A stretch of 25,540 nucleotides of DNA, taken from the IMG/VR virus record IMGVR_UViG_3300049926_000021, positions 1 to 25,540 of that record; one strand, written 5' to 3'. The notes under the pieces were generated by a model. The model was not told the DNA's origin, ran no database searches, and saw nothing but the letters and a program-made list of their open reading frames with translations. Positions 9,357-17,366 of the stretch are shown piece by piece. Within the stretch, counting starts at the first letter, position 1. Each line of letters opens with the position of its first letter. The translations under genes were made by a program, and so were the position numbers. Origin of the DNA: a virus (Duplodnaviria > Caudoviricetes).

Positions 9357-11612
9357 TTACTGAACGGTTTCCTTGGGCTGAGCCATCTGCTCCAGCCTGG
9401 CGTCGTGCTGCTCACCAGCGCGCTTGGCATCAAGCCCCAGAATCGTCATGTCGGCGCCGTGCCGGTCCATTGCATGCTGATGATCGCGGGCATGATCGAC
9501 GTGGCCGCGCGCCATGTCGTGATCATGAGCCTCGATCGTCCGCAGATGTTCCATGTGCGTATTCGCAAGGTCGGCCTTGGCCTTCTTGGCTTCGCTCTCT
9601 GCGCGATCGGCATCAGCAACGGCCTTGCGGGCGTCCGCTTCAGCCTTAGCCGCTTTGGCTTCGGCTTCCTTGACCTTGGCCTGTATCTCAGCGAACTGCA
9701 TCTGCTGAGCTTGCTGGGCCATCTGCTTCTGCTGAGCCTCGGCCTGCTGCTGTTCCTGTTCTTCAGGAGTCGGCGGAGCTGGCTGGCCTGACTTGGCCTC
9801 GCGCGCCTTCTTGTCAGCCTGTAGCTTGGCCTTGATCTGGGGTGGAAGAAGTTCCTCCAGCCGTTCGCCAATCTCCTCCGCATGCGGCCAGTCCATCGAC
9901 TTCGCGTACAGGTCGCCCATGACAGGCGCGGCCGGCGGGAATGCCCGGATGAACTCGGTCATCGCGTCCTGGGCCTGCTCACGCTTGGTCGCATAGCTCG
10001 GCCCACGTTCCATCACAACGTCATACGAGCCCGACGTCATGTCATGCAGGACCTTCTCAACACCATCCACGATCTGGGGCTTGTTGATGTCCACGATGTC
10101 AGGCTTGCCGTCGTCGCCCAGGATCTGGATGGTGCGCTGCGTATCGTAGATCTTGGGAAATAGTTCGTTGATGATCTCGGCCGTGCGCTCGATCGCCAGC
10201 GCGAAGTTGTCGTGATAGACGAATGTTCCGGTATCGCCTTGCGCATCGCGGCGGGCGATCGCAACGCCGCTGGTTTCGTTGGACTTGGCACCCAAGCTGG
10301 CGTCATAAATACCGATGACAGCCTTCATATCCTCCGAAGTGCGCTGTTTACCCTCGATGATTGCCTGAGAAGCAACGGGCGGCTGAATGCGCTGCGGCGG
10401 GCCGGGAGCCCTCTCGTCCGGCGTATATTCCAGGAACGGATGGTTCTCGGTATTGGCCGTTTCCCAGAGATCATAGTTCTTTTCGAACTGCTTCCTGGTT
10501 CCAAGCCAAGGCGCTTTCGGCTGGAGTGCAATCACCTCCGTTTCCGCCGATGCGTAATAGTTCTCCATGCGCTGCAGATCGCGTGCGTACCTGACAACAC
10601 CATGGCGATAAACATCCCGACCGACCCTGACCTCTTCGCCGATTACGGGGATGACCGGGATATGCATGCCCGGCCAGTCGGATTCCTCAAGAACCTCTGC
10701 CAGCGTGATCAGATAGCGGCAGATCGTATAGCTGTCGCGCTCCTCGATTCGAGCGCCGTTCTTCTCAGCCATCCATGCCAGACCGGCAGCAGCCTGCTCC
10801 TTCGGGAAATCCTTGATCGTTTCGGTCAGATCTTCAATCGATCCATCCTGCATGAGCGCCAGCGTGCGCTTGATCGGCTTTTTCTTCCAATACTGGTTGA
10901 CCCGAATGAAATCGTCCGAGTTCCAGTTATTGAAAGCGCCTGAAGCGCCCAGCCCGTAAATTCCAGTGTCGAATCCATCTGCCGTCGCGTCCGGCCAGCT
11001 CTTCTTGAACTTAGCCCGGGACATATCATTCGGTACGAAACAATGATCGGCGTCGGATTTCGTTGGGAGCATCGCGTCTGCATCCCAGAGGACACACACG
11101 CCGTCCTCGATGCCTACAATCCTGATCTCCTGGTTGAATGTGCCGGCATGGGCGTATTCTGTCGTCACCGCCCAATGACCGATGCCACAGGTAACCTGGC
11201 TATCAGCCCCGGTCGTGTAGACGTGCTTCGCCTTGCTCCGGTTCTCCACATAGCGGATCATGCCGCCGCGGACTTCCGCCGTCTTGATATCCGCCCCGCT
11301 ATCGACCGGAACAACCTTGATGCCAGGCCGCGATTGCCGCATATCACCGGTAACTTGTCGGATGAACTGCGGGAGCTTGTTGACGACGTGGCATGGCCGG
11401 CCTTTGCGGGCTTCCAATGCCTGTGCATCCCACTGGTCACTCAGCCGACCGCGACGGAACCGCAGATCCTCATAGGCATCCTCGATGTTGGACCGCTCGC
11501 GTTCAAAGTCGCGCTCGTATTCCTCCATCGCCTCTTCGTGCACCTTCTCCCAGTCAGAGCGCTCGGATTTGCTGTCGTTGTCTTCGTCAGATTTGTCAGC
11601 TTCGTAGGCCAT
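9357..11612 (-). CDS. Portal protein (P22 gp1-like, with C-terminal coiled-coil barrel)
   Basis: ~751 aa from the ATG overlapping the terL stop (TGATG). Contains GRPCHVVNKL, SNETSGVAI.RR and YDV...GPSYATKR motifs and a long Gln/Ala helical tail. Confidence 0.92.
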   Translation of the reverse strand: MAYEADKSDEDNDSKSERSDWEKVHEEAMEEYERDFERERSNIEDAYEDLRFRRGRLSDQWDAQALEARKGRPCHVVNKLPQFIRQVTGDMRQSRPGIKVVPVDSGADIKTAEVRGGMIRYVENRSKAKHVYTTGADSQVTCGIGHWAVTTEYAHAGTFNQEIRIVGIEDGVCVLWDADAMLPTKSDADHCFVPNDMSRAKFKKSWPDATADGFDTGIYGLGASGAFNNWNSDDFIRVNQYWKKKPIKRTLALMQDGSIEDLTETIKDFPKEQAAAGLAWMAEKNGARIEERDSYTICRYLITLAEVLEESDWPGMHIPVIPVIGEEVRVGRDVYRHGVVRYARDLQRMENYYASAETEVIALQPKAPWLGTRKQFEKNYDLWETANTENHPFLEYTPDERAPGPPQRIQPPVASQAIIEGKQRTSEDMKAVIGIYDASLGAKSNETSGVAIARRDAQGDTGTFVYHDNFALAIERTAEIINELFPKIYDTQRTIQILGDDGKPDIVDINKPQIVDGVEKVLHDMTSGSYDVVMERGPSYATKREQAQDAMTEFIRAFPPAAPVMGDLYAKSMDWPHAEEIGERLEELLPPQIKAKLQADKKAREAKSGQPAPPTPEEQEQQQAEAQQKQMAQQAQQMQFAEIQAKVKEAEAKAAKAEADARKAVADADRAESEAKKAKADLANTHMEHLRTIEAHDHDMARGHVDHARDHQHAMDRHGADMTILGLDAKRAGEQHDARLEQMAQPKETVQ

Positions 11613-12904
11613 CAGGCGCCCATCCATCCGCCAGCAGAACGGCGAGGCCGCCGCTCCTGCGCTTCTGTCGGCGCCTCATAGGCCACGCACATCAGCCCGA
11701 ATGCGTCAGCACCATGCGAGGACCAGTCATGTTCCGGCCCGAGTCCGATGTTCCGCGTTTCGTCCTTGCGCTCGTGATACCAGCCCAATGCGTCAATCCC
11801 GCCTTGCGTTGTCTCTGCGTTGAACCAAATCGATGGGAACAGCCTGCGGCCAGCCTCGATACGCATGGCTGCTGCTCCCTTGCCCTGGTTTGGGATAACC
11901 AGAACGTCAAACTCAGCGGCTGTCAGTGCACTTTCGTAAGACACATCAAAAACCTTGTCGTTGGTCGTTCCGTCGTGCGGTAGGATAATCTGTGCCCGCC
12001 CATAGCCGTTATCCCTAAGCCAGTTGACGTGCGTTGCGAGCGGCTGTCCTACAGCTTCGTAATAGTTGAGAACCCGGATTTCCCTGCCAATGAATTGAGC
12101 TATCCAGATCGATACCGCGTCAGCCCTTGCGCCGGTTCCCCCAATGTCGAAGATAGCCCGATAGGTCATCAGCGGGTCAGGCGAAACATTGCCTATCCGG
12201 CCCTTAACCTTGGCTTCCGCAATGCATTTGGCATAATAGGCGCCGTCGATAACGCCAGCATATCCACCTTCCCAGATATGATCGTATTGATCTGGACTAT
12301 CTCTCAGACAGTCCAATCTCTCCCGATCGAGCACCTTTGGGAACCACGGGTTATCGGACCAGTTGGCCCGAACAATTACCGCACCTGTCGGCTTGTGGCT
12401 CCCGCGAAGCATCGCATCAACCGGATCATTCTTCCGTCTTGGGTTCCATGAGAACCAGAGCTGCGAGTCGTCGGCGCGGATTGTTGGTCGAAGCAATGAC
12501 AGCGACCGGGCACTGAGCGTCTGTGCTTCTTCCGCCCATGCCCGCTTGAAACCCTCTAGTGACTTGATAGACTCTGCCGTGTGATCCTGCATGCCCTGGA
12601 ACGTGATTACGCCATCACCTGGCGTCTCGATCACTTCCCGGAAGACCTTGAAGCCATCAGCCTCGCCTAAGCGATGTTCCTGTAACTTATCTTCCAACAG
12701 ACGCTTGGCCGAATCCTTCAGGCTCTTTTGCACTTCGCGAATGCAAACAGTGCGAAGGCCCTTCTCAGCTAGACTGTCCTCAATCGCCAGATCTGCGAAG
12801 AAATGGGACTTTCCGGAACCGCGACCGCCATGCGCAGCCTTGTAGCGTGCCGGCTCAAGTAGCGGCAGGAACACTCTCGCTGTCGGCAGATTTAGCTGGG
12901 TCAA
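11612..12904 (-). CDS. terL: Terminase large subunit (PBSX/XtmB-like family)
   Basis: 430 aa. Walker A GGRGSGKS, Walker B WAEEAQ, SWNP coupling motif, and nuclease motifs DIGG and HGADAF. Confidence 0.95.
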   Translation of the reverse strand: MTQLNLPTARVFLPLLEPARYKAAHGGRGSGKSHFFADLAIEDSLAEKGLRTVCIREVQKSLKDSAKRLLEDKLQEHRLGEADGFKVFREVIETPGDGVITFQGMQDHTAESIKSLEGFKRAWAEEAQTLSARSLSLLRPTIRADDSQLWFSWNPRRKNDPVDAMLRGSHKPTGAVIVRANWSDNPWFPKVLDRERLDCLRDSPDQYDHIWEGGYAGVIDGAYYAKCIAEAKVKGRIGNVSPDPLMTYRAIFDIGGTGARADAVSIWIAQFIGREIRVLNYYEAVGQPLATHVNWLRDNGYGRAQIILPHDGTTNDKVFDVSYESALTAAEFDVLVIPNQGKGAAAMRIEAGRRLFPSIWFNAETTQGGIDALGWYHERKDETRNIGLGPEHDWSSHGADAFGLMCVAYEAPTEAQERRPRRSAGGWMGA

Positions 12905-13193
12905 CGATCACTCGCTCGATCCTGTGGACCAATGAAATTGACGGGTCGTCATCGTCGCCACCGATAATGGCCTGTGCTGGTTTGCCGTCGAGACGATCGG
13001 CTACCTGTTGAACTGCCCAGCCTTCCCCAGCCATGGCTTCCGCCACAAGTCGTTCAGCAATCACGCGTAATTTCTTCTTGCGTTCACCGTCGCTGTCTAT
13101 CTCAGCGTTGACCGCAAGGCGCAATGCGTCCGTAAACGCCTTCTCTTTTTTGCGGCCGCCTGGATTACCCGACTGGCCCTTCTCGAAGGGCAT
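12855..13193 (-). CDS. terS: Terminase small subunit (DUF5681-type N-terminus)
   Basis: 112 aa, with MPFEKGQSGNPGGR and DRLDGKP.Q motifs. Lies directly upstream of terL. Confidence 0.8.
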   Translation of the reverse strand: MPFEKGQSGNPGGRKKEKAFTDALRLAVNAEIDSDGERKKKLRVIAERLVAEAMAGEGWAVQQVADRLDGKPAQAIIGGDDDDPSISLVHRIERVIVDPAKSADSESVPAAT

Positions 13194-13224
13194 TGCTGTG
13201 AACTCTCATGTTGTTGCATTGTAA

Positions 13225-13257
13225 CAAAAAACCCGCCGCGGATTTCTCCGGACGGGC
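13225..13257 (-). terminator. Late-leader intrinsic terminator (tR'-like)
   Basis: Minus strand GCCCGTCCGGA-GAAA-TCCGCGGCGGG-TTTTTT, about 30 nt upstream of the terS ATG. Confidence 0.7.
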
Positions 13258-13275
13258 GCAAATCAAGATGCTGCC

Positions 13276-13306
13276 TGATTTGGTGTGATTTGGTTTAACA
13301 AGTCAA
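13276..13306 (-). promoter_or_regulatory. Candidate late promoter (pR'-like) with tandem 9-bp repeats
   Basis: Minus strand TTGACT (13306-13301), then ACCAAATCA twice at 10-bp periodicity (13294-13286 and 13284-13276). The -10 is weak. Sits upstream of the leader terminator. Confidence 0.5.
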
Positions 13307-13311
13307 GGGCA

Positions 13312-13485
13312 TTAGCCTGGCGCGGTATCAATAATAACAATCCACCCATCGCCAAGCGACCAAGGCAGGATTGTGTGAAGCTTTTGGCTGTAATGGATAT
13401 TATTTAGATATGCTTGCAATGCCTCGGCCGTGGTGCCGTCTGTGCTTTTTGCCCGTACTAGCTCAGCTTTGTATCGCCCCATCAT
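13312..13485 (-). CDS. Hypothetical ~57-aa protein
   Basis: The ATG overlaps the stop of the DUF6456-like gene. Visibly AT-richer than its neighbours. Confidence 0.55.
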   Translation of the reverse strand: MMGRYKAELVRAKSTDGTTAEALQAYLNNIHYSQKLHTILPWSLGDGWIVIIDTAPG

Positions 13486-14021
13486 CCAATCCCCCACAAT
13501 TTCGCCAACCGATATCCTGCATCCCTGAGAATTTCGGATGCCCCTGCGATCGCCTGCGGCTTACTGGTCCAGCCTAGCACATTGCCGCAGGTTTCCAGAT
13601 TGTCTTCCTTGCAGACGAAGTTATCTACGATGGCCGCAGAACGAAGTCCGAGGCACTGCTGAGCCTCCCGCCAGCGCTGACGGTGAAATACCTGCCCCTC
13701 GCTCTTGGGCATCCCAGCGGGGCCGCCATCGCCTCCTGAGAATATCCGATCGAGATCGAGCGAGGAGATCGTGGGGGCCTGGCCGGCGTGATACCAATGG
13801 TGTCGATATTTCTGCAGTGCAGAATGCTCGGCGCCGGAGATAATTCCCTTTTTATGGGCACGATCCAAGGGGCTGTCTCGCATGATGTAGGTCTTGATGC
13901 CGCGGTCTTCCCCTCCCAACGAGAAGTCGCCGGCTGATTTGCTCAGGCGCTCGGCTGTGGGGCAACCGTGGATTTCAATTGTCGGTTCGCGCTTGTTCTT
14001 GGTCAAAGTGGCCCCGATCAT
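13482..14021 (-). CDS. DUF6456-like (GafA C-terminal / GafZ-like) putative late-gene antiterminator in lambda Q position
   Basis: 179 aa. The pattern DSPLDR...IS.AE..A..KYR..W..AG..P...S.D...GG.GG...RQRWREA...LG...V...VC....LE.....LGW...LR.A..RLAKLWG matches my recollection of DUF6456. It is the last early gene before the late leader. Confidence 0.7.
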   Translation of the reverse strand: MIGATLTKNKREPTIEIHGCPTAERLSKSAGDFSLGGEDRGIKTYIMRDSPLDRAHKKGIISGAEHSALQKYRHHWYHAGQAPTISSLDLDRIFSGGDGGPAGMPKSEGQVFHRQRWREAQQCLGLRSAAIVDNFVCKEDNLETCGNVLGWTSKPQAIAGASEILRDAGYRLAKLWGIG

Positions 14022-14033
14022 GGTTTCCTCTAG

Positions 14034-14213
14034 TTAATGGATTTCTATGCATTCGTGACGTTGAACGGGGCTAGGACCGATCCTGGCCTTCTCCTCCTCG
14101 CATTGTCCCTTGGACTCGAATATCTTGTGCGCGACGATTCCGGTGTCTCCAGGAGGGAAACCGGCGCCTGTGCTGAATACTGTTATTGTTATGAGCAGCC
14201 ATCCAGTGATCAT
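14034..14213 (-). CDS. Small 59-aa protein with hydrophobic/signal-like N-terminus (not in ORF track)
   Basis: MITGWLLITITVFSTGAGFPPGDTGIVAHKIFESKGQCEEEKARIGPSPVQRHECIEIH. ATGA overlap with the upstream gene. Confidence 0.6.
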   Translation of the reverse strand: MITGWLLITITVFSTGAGFPPGDTGIVAHKIFESKGQCEEEKARIGPSPVQRHECIEIH

Positions 14214-14896
14214 GGTTGTTCCTCAGATTTCGGCTGGAACGCCAGATTGTGCTTGGCGTAATGCTCACGCAGTTGCTCTGCGGTGGGAGCTTGAGAGGGG
14301 GGCGGCTTCACTGGTTCCTGTGCCACCTCACGGCTACCCATTGCCTGCTGTAGCTTGCGGAAACCCAGACTAATTCGCGCTTTCATCTCAGGATCTGCTG
14401 GCGGCTCAACGTCGGCCTTCAGAATAACCATCAGGTCGCGCAGTTCCTTCTTGCACCATTCCACATGCTCATCAGCGAGCTGTCGAACACGGGGAGCGCT
14501 TGGCGGGAAGTCAGGGCTCATATCCGAGACCGCGCCGCGGGAGATATCTCTGGCTGCCGCCTTAATTGCCCACAACGGCACATCCGACAGGTCGTCCGCA
14601 TACTTTCGGATCAATACCTGAGCCTCGACATGAGACAGCCCGCGCATTGATGGATAGGCCATCATCAGCGCCGCAACTGCCTCCTCGATCTCACTTCTGG
14701 TGGCGCTTTTGGTCGATCGCATGACCAGCTTCCAGCGGTTTTCCATCTTGCCGCGCGTGATCGACGGAAGCGGTTCATGCAGCCGGCCATCGATCATCGC
14801 CGAGCGACGATAGGACAGTTCCTTGGCCATCCAGACATCAACGGGAGGAGCCGAAACCAAACTCACCGGTTGATGTTTCGAAATCGCCTGTGTCAT
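14210..14896 (-). CDS. Replication accessory protein (helicase loader/inhibitor-like, lambda P position)
   Basis: 228 aa following the initiator. The Y.DDL.D.P.WAI..A...and FPPS.P pattern is common in phage P/G39P-like proteins. Confidence 0.5.
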   Translation of the reverse strand: MTQAISKHQPVSLVSAPPVDVWMAKELSYRRSAMIDGRLHEPLPSITRGKMENRWKLVMRSTKSATRSEIEEAVAALMMAYPSMRGLSHVEAQVLIRKYADDLSDVPLWAIKAAARDISRGAVSDMSPDFPPSAPRVRQLADEHVEWCKKELRDLMVILKADVEPPADPEMKARISLGFRKLQQAMGSREVAQEPVKPPPSQAPTAEQLREHYAKHNLAFQPKSEEQP

Positions 14897-15578
14897 CTTG
14901 CCGTTCCCTGTGTTTGTCCATCAGAACCGATACAAATCCCCCCTTACCGGCTGGCGGTCCTTGGGAGACAGGAGCAATCGCCCGAGCAAAAAATTCGGCC
15001 GGCTTGTGTTTTGTCGCGGCAAGTTCCAGGGTCGAGCGAGAGAGAGAGACGTTTCCGCCGTTGGCTTTCAGAAGCTTTGCGAGTTGACCACCTGAGCTTT
15101 TGCCGAGAACTTCTCTTCCCCTTGAGAAATATTCTCGCTCTGCAATCGAAGGATCAATCGGCGCGCCAGCGCCAGAACCGTTAGGTTCTGAATCTTTCTG
15201 TTTCTGCTCTGTATCTGCTTCTGTCTCTGGGGGCGTTACAGTAACGGCCTCCGTAACGTTACACTTGCGTTGCCTGTAACGTTTCACTCTCTCATTTGAA
15301 ACGTCACTCTTGTACTGACGACCACTCCAATTGTGCGGAGCAAAACCCGTTTCAGTTTTGTCCAGAAGCCCCGCTTTGGTGAGCGCAGCAATGATCTCTG
15401 TGGCCTTGGCGGCTGTTACCCGAAGCTGGATTGAAATATCGTCCAATGCCGGAAGCGCCCCGTTGTTTTTGGACGCAATGCAAAGCATGGCTATCCAATG
15501 CCAGCGCGTAGCTTCCGGAAGCTTCAATATCTTCGGGTCGTTGATAGTATCGTCGTACAGCCGCAGCCAGCGCATCAA
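14838..15578 (-). CDS. Phage replication initiator (O-like / replisome organiser)
   Basis: 246 aa. N-terminal WLRLYDD..NDPK..L winged helix, ERVKRYRQRK, a low-complexity linker containing iterons, and an ETEADTEQKQK purine-rich tract. Confidence 0.8.
   Translation of the reverse strand: MMRWLRLYDDTINDPKILKLPEATRWHWIAMLCIASKNNGALPALDDISIQLRVTAAKATEIIAALTKAGLLDKTETGFAPHNWSGRQYKSDVSNERVKRYRQRKCNVTEAVTVTPPETEADTEQKQKDSEPNGSGAGAPIDPSIAEREYFSRGREVLGKSSGGQLAKLLKANGGNVSLSRSTLELAATKHKPAEFFARAIAPVSQGPPAGKGGFVSVLMDKHRERQDDTGDFETSTGEFGFGSSR
15190..15308. repeat. Putative replication origin: four iterons plus strand-asymmetric tract
   Basis: GGGGCGTTAC (15230), GTAACGTTAC (15253), GTAACGTTTC (15276) and GAAACGTCAC (15298) at 22-23 bp spacing. 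Adjacent pyrimidine-rich tract at 15190-15228. Confidence 0.7.
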
Positions 15579-15832
15579 ATCATGCCCATCGCATGCATGT
15601 AGATTTCCAGAACCGCTTCCTGCTCTGCCCTCTTGCCGGCGTCTTGCGCCCGCATGCGCACGATGGTTCGCAGCGCCTTCACGTCCAGGCCATTGCTCTT
15701 GGCTTCCGTGAACACGTCGCCGATGTCGTCGGATATCGTCTTCTTTTGCTCGTTCAGGCGCTCGACACGTTCAACGATGGATCTCACTTGATCCTTTGCG
15801 ACCGCGTTGTGTCCGATGGTAGGCTGGTCCAT
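15575..15832 (-). CDS. gapR: GapR-like nucleoid-associated protein (DUF2312/UPF0335)
   Basis: 85 aa: AKDQVRSIVERVERLNEQKKTISDDIGDVFTEAKSNGLDVKALRTIVRMR...EQEAVLEIYMHAMGM, the DUF2312 signature. Confidence 0.92.
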   Translation of the reverse strand: MDQPTIGHNAVAKDQVRSIVERVERLNEQKKTISDDIGDVFTEAKSNGLDVKALRTIVRMRAQDAGKRAEQEAVLEIYMHAMGMI

Positions 15833-16029
15833 TATGCATCCTCGGTTTTGGTGACTGGAACGCGTGTACTAGTCTCACGCAGCGCCAATGCCGTTCCGTC
15901 AATCAGGATATTGGCGAGGTGATGCTTGGAGATTTCAAACTGATGTACGTCTTCGCATCCGAATGTCTGGATGTTCAGGACAAAACGGTTTGGACCCGGC
16001 GTCGTGAGGTAGGCGATCTTGGCGATCAT
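15832..16029 (-). CDS. Hypothetical 65-aa protein
   Basis: Start MIAKIAY at 16029 overlaps the MTase stop (ATGA). Its stop overlaps the gapR ATG. Confidence 0.65.
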   Translation of the reverse strand: MIAKIAYLTTPGPNRFVLNIQTFGCEDVHQFEISKHHLANILIDGTALALRETSTRVPVTKTEDA

Positions 16030-16559
16030 GGGCCATACGCCAGCGTCGGCGCCCCCTTGTGCTGCCAGTCCCAGATGAACCAAGCGTGGTTAAACGAGGG
16101 CGAGCCCTTGGAATCTTCGAACCATTGAATTCGCTTACGCAGCACAATCTTTTTGGCGAACTGCGCCCGATCGAACAGATAATCTCGGGTCTTGGCGTGA
16201 TCGAAATCCGTCCGCAGCAACATGGCGACAAACCCAGCCGTGTCGCGGGTAAGCACCAGCGCCTGCCAGATAAACTTGGGGGCAATTACGTAGGGCGGGT
16301 TCGTGATTATCGCGTCCCAGTGCGATCCCTCTGGTAGGCTTTTTGCCTCCATAAAGTCACATCCCTGGTCGATGTCGCTGCCAAGAACGTAGGCGCCGCT
16401 GCTTTCTAGCGCCCGAACCATCTTCCCGCTGGCTGCGGCAGGCTCCCAGATAGCAGTCGGCTGTCGGGGCAGATGAGGCAGGAGTGCTAGCGTAGCCCAT
16501 TCAGGCGTCTCGTAGAGATCCCGCTCGATGCGCTCGTAGCCGCTCTCTCGTTGGCTCAT
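16026..16559 (-). CDS. Orphan amino (N6-adenine-type) DNA methyltransferase
   Basis: 177 aa from MSQRESG (ATGA-coupled start). Contains DLYETP, SAM-binding IWEPAAASG and catalytic ITNPPY motifs. No cognate restriction enzyme adjacent. Confidence 0.8.
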   Translation of the reverse strand: MSQRESGYERIERDLYETPEWATLALLPHLPRQPTAIWEPAAASGKMVRALESSGAYVLGSDIDQGCDFMEAKSLPEGSHWDAIITNPPYVIAPKFIWQALVLTRDTAGFVAMLLRTDFDHAKTRDYLFDRAQFAKKIVLRKRIQWFEDSKGSPSFNHAWFIWDWQHKGAPTLAYGP

Positions 16560-16741
16560 GCCGCCCTGCTCTCTTTGCGAAGCTGCCGCGTTACCTTCCC
16601 TTGCAATAGGCTCTCCAACTCGTTGCGGCGCACGCTGAAGGGTTTCTCCAGCGACACCATCACGCGCAGGCGTGAAATCTGCTCGCCAAGAGGCATGCGC
16701 CTGAGACGGGCTACGATAAGATGCAATGGAGTTGTTTTCAT
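16556..16741 (-). CDS. Hypothetical basic 61-aa protein
   Basis: ATGA-coupled at both ends. Confidence 0.65.
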   Translation of the reverse strand: MKTTPLHLIVARLRRMPLGEQISRLRVMVSLEKPFSVRRNELESLLQGKVTRQLRKESRAA

Positions 16742-16902
16742 CTGGCATGCTCCAGACTGCGCCGCACCTGAGCGATCAATTCCGCCAGAGACTTTGTTAG
16801 AATGACCGAATAGCCGAGCGGCTTCAGTTCTGCAGTGCGCTTCTTGACGAGGATTGCCTTCTGGTTCGGGCTTAAATCTATGATGATGTCATATAGGTTC
16901 AT
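16738..16902 (-). CDS. Hypothetical 54-aa protein (not in ORF track)
   Basis: MNLYDIIIDLSPNQKAILVKKRTAELKPLGYSVILTKSLAELIAQVRRSLEHAR. ATGA overlaps at both ends. Confidence 0.65.
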   Translation of the reverse strand: MNLYDIIIDLSPNQKAILVKKRTAELKPLGYSVILTKSLAELIAQVRRSLEHAR

Positions 16903-17366
16903 GATGTCCTCCGGCGGCTAAGCGCCATGTGAGGCCCGCAGTAGGTGGATCCTTCATGCTGGGCGTGGTTGCAAAAAGTGAACGGGCCATCGCCAAACGG
17001 ATAGCGACAGCCCTCCGCATCAAGATCCAACAAGGTCTTGTGCTGCGGATTTACTTCAACACAACGCAACGCCTCTAAATTTACCGGAGGTATCCTCACG
17101 ATTGTTACTCGCTGGCTACGCCTGCGCTCTCTTCTGCGCTCGTTCCCGATCTCGTTCCTCTTCCGCTTAGCGGCTTCGAGCTGTTCGTCTGTCTGCCTGC
17201 GATAAGTCCCAGGCCCGGTAAATTCCATCCGGTGGATCTTCCCGCACACCATATTGCGGGTGACGCCCTCGCCTAATTCCGCAGCGATGCCAGAGAAACT
17301 AACTCCGATGGCCCATAGCTTGCGCAGCGTTTCAGTTCGGTCTTGTGTCCACCAGGTAGACGGCAT
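16899..17366 (-). CDS. gcrA: GcrA-family cell-cycle regulator homologue
   Basis: 155 aa. N-terminal WT.DR.E.LRKLW..G.S.S.IAAELG..VTRN.V.GKIHR helix-turn-helix and C-terminal TLLDL....CRYPFGD...FC......STYC..H domain. Confidence 0.9.
   Translation of the reverse strand: MPSTWWTQDRTETLRKLWAIGVSFSGIAAELGEGVTRNMVCGKIHRMEFTGPGTYRRQTDEQLEAAKRKRNEIGNERRRERRRSQRVTIVRIPPVNLEALRCVEVNPQHKTLLDLDAEGCRYPFGDGPFTFCNHAQHEGSTYCGPHMALSRRRTS

Noticed and set aside
18-12845. Many long plus-strand ORFs (e.g. 1210-2382, 2864-3805, 582-1319, 10212-10943)
   Set aside because: They are antisense shadows of well-supported minus-strand structural genes in GC-rich DNA, with no recognisable motifs.
16560-16748. N-terminal extension of the 240-aa MTase ORF
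   Set aside because: It overlaps the coupled 61-aa gene. The ATGA-coupled start at 16559 fits better.
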